Assembly: GCF_964204865.1 (NCBI RefSeq)
Contig: NC_135253.1
Location: forward strand, 17,856,001-17,920,000
DNA length: 64,000 bases
Direction: 5' to 3'
Source of the DNA: Styela clava
Taxonomy: Eukaryota
Numbering within the stretch: position 1 is the first letter of the stretch; the number at the start of each line of letters is the position of its first letter. Position numbers and translations under genes: made by a program. The notes beneath the pieces are model-generated. The model was given only the letters and a program-made list of their open reading frames with translations. It was not told the DNA's origin and searched no databases. Below, piece after piece: positions 63,143 through 64,000 of the stretch.

Positions 63143-63720
63143 CAGTGGTTCCCAAACTTTTTTGACCATCGCCCCCCTAAAGTAGTTTATACAACTTCAT
63201 CGCCCCCCGGCAAACAAAAAAATGGAAAGTCAGAACCGAATATATTACAGACCAAATAAGAAGACAAATCATAGTTTATAGTGTTTTATGAGATAGATGA
63301 GCTTGGTGCTCTTCGGCGAGTTTTTTATTATATCTAAACTTACCCCGTTTACTGGTGGAAAGGCGATTTCGTTGTTTTGATAGCAATAGTAACACGGCTG
63401 AAAACCCCCTTTTCCACCATATAATAGGTCGAAAATGAAAGAATCCAGGGTTCTACCTCCTCAAACAGCGCCGTGTACTCTTGCCTTATAGCATTTCACT
63501 TCCTAAATTCACCCCATTTCACATTAAAATAATCAAAACAAAGTTAATTTTCCCAAACTTTTAATAATGATTTCCGTACATCTCATTCATTCGTACAGCC
63601 TGATGACCTGCACCAAAATACTTCGGTAAAATTCATCCCCGATTCCTCATTCTACTACGGCCTCCAGTCTGATCACCGGTCCATAATTTACCAGCCATTT
63701 GTTTTTGGATTCATGGACTC
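63143..63720 (-). mobile_element. Decayed hAT (Buster/Charlie-type) transposon end with transposase C-terminal remnant
   Basis: TIR-like CAGTGGTTCCCAAACTTTTT at 63143; minus-strand remnant ..ALFEEVEPWILSFSTYYMVEKG.. resembles the Buster/SCAND3-type FPSSYLVERGFS motif, with stops. Confidence 0.55.
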
Positions 63721-63759
63721 GGATGTGGAAGAAGCCGTGACCGACTATCGGCTACGGCC

Positions 63760-64000
63760 CAGGGGTTGGCAAATTTTATGTCGCTCGCAGGACAAAATTC
63801 AGGGTTGCTAGTCTTTTGTGGGTCGCATATATTTTTTGAAAGGTAAAAACGGAACAGCGCGCGAAAACTGCGACAATTCGTGAACTCAACTCAGTCGTCT
63901 TATTAAAAAAATATTATAATGACATTTAATGTGACACTGTCTTGGTACTGCATCACGCTGGATAGCTTTACGACGCCAAGATTGAAACATTTTCTAAATG
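63760..64000. mobile_element. Left end of another hAT/Charlie-type element running out of the window
   Basis: CAGGGGTTGGCAAA terminus similar to the MITE at 20390. Confidence 0.4.

Overview
AT-rich, intron-containing animal genomic DNA. An invertebrate chordate such as an ascidian is my best guess from gene content and operon-like junctions; this is inference only. Left third (+ strand): intronless mitochondrial acyl carrier protein (NDUFAB1), an intronless SxIP/coiled-coil gene (possibly SKAP/kinastrin-like) and a ~20-exon TOP3A. Right two-thirds: a cluster of ceruloplasmin/hephaestin-type six-domain multicopper oxidase (MCO) genes. Copy A is a 3-exon 5' fragment (+). Copy B is a complete 22-exon gene (+) with an intact LINE in intron 14. 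Copy C is a 22-exon inverted paralogue (-). I assembled B and C by hand (about 1219 aa each, near-identical exon sizes). Both end in a single-exon leucine-rich-repeat module instead of a transmembrane/GPI anchor. Both keep all copper ligands but lack several ceruloplasmin Fe(II)-site residues. Between the convergent 3' ends of B and C lies a minus-strand gene for an apparently secreted protein whose EGF-like domain is split by a ~94-aa acidic insert. It starts at an AATAAA-19 nt-AG-cATG junction right behind copy C, as in a trans-spliced operon. This MCO-LRR plus split-EGF locus is the best candidate for an undescribed system. Introns carry many repeats (tRNA-SINE, LINEs, hAT and Merlin-like MITEs, Helentron-like elements). 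Exon coordinates were read by eye and may be off by a base or two.
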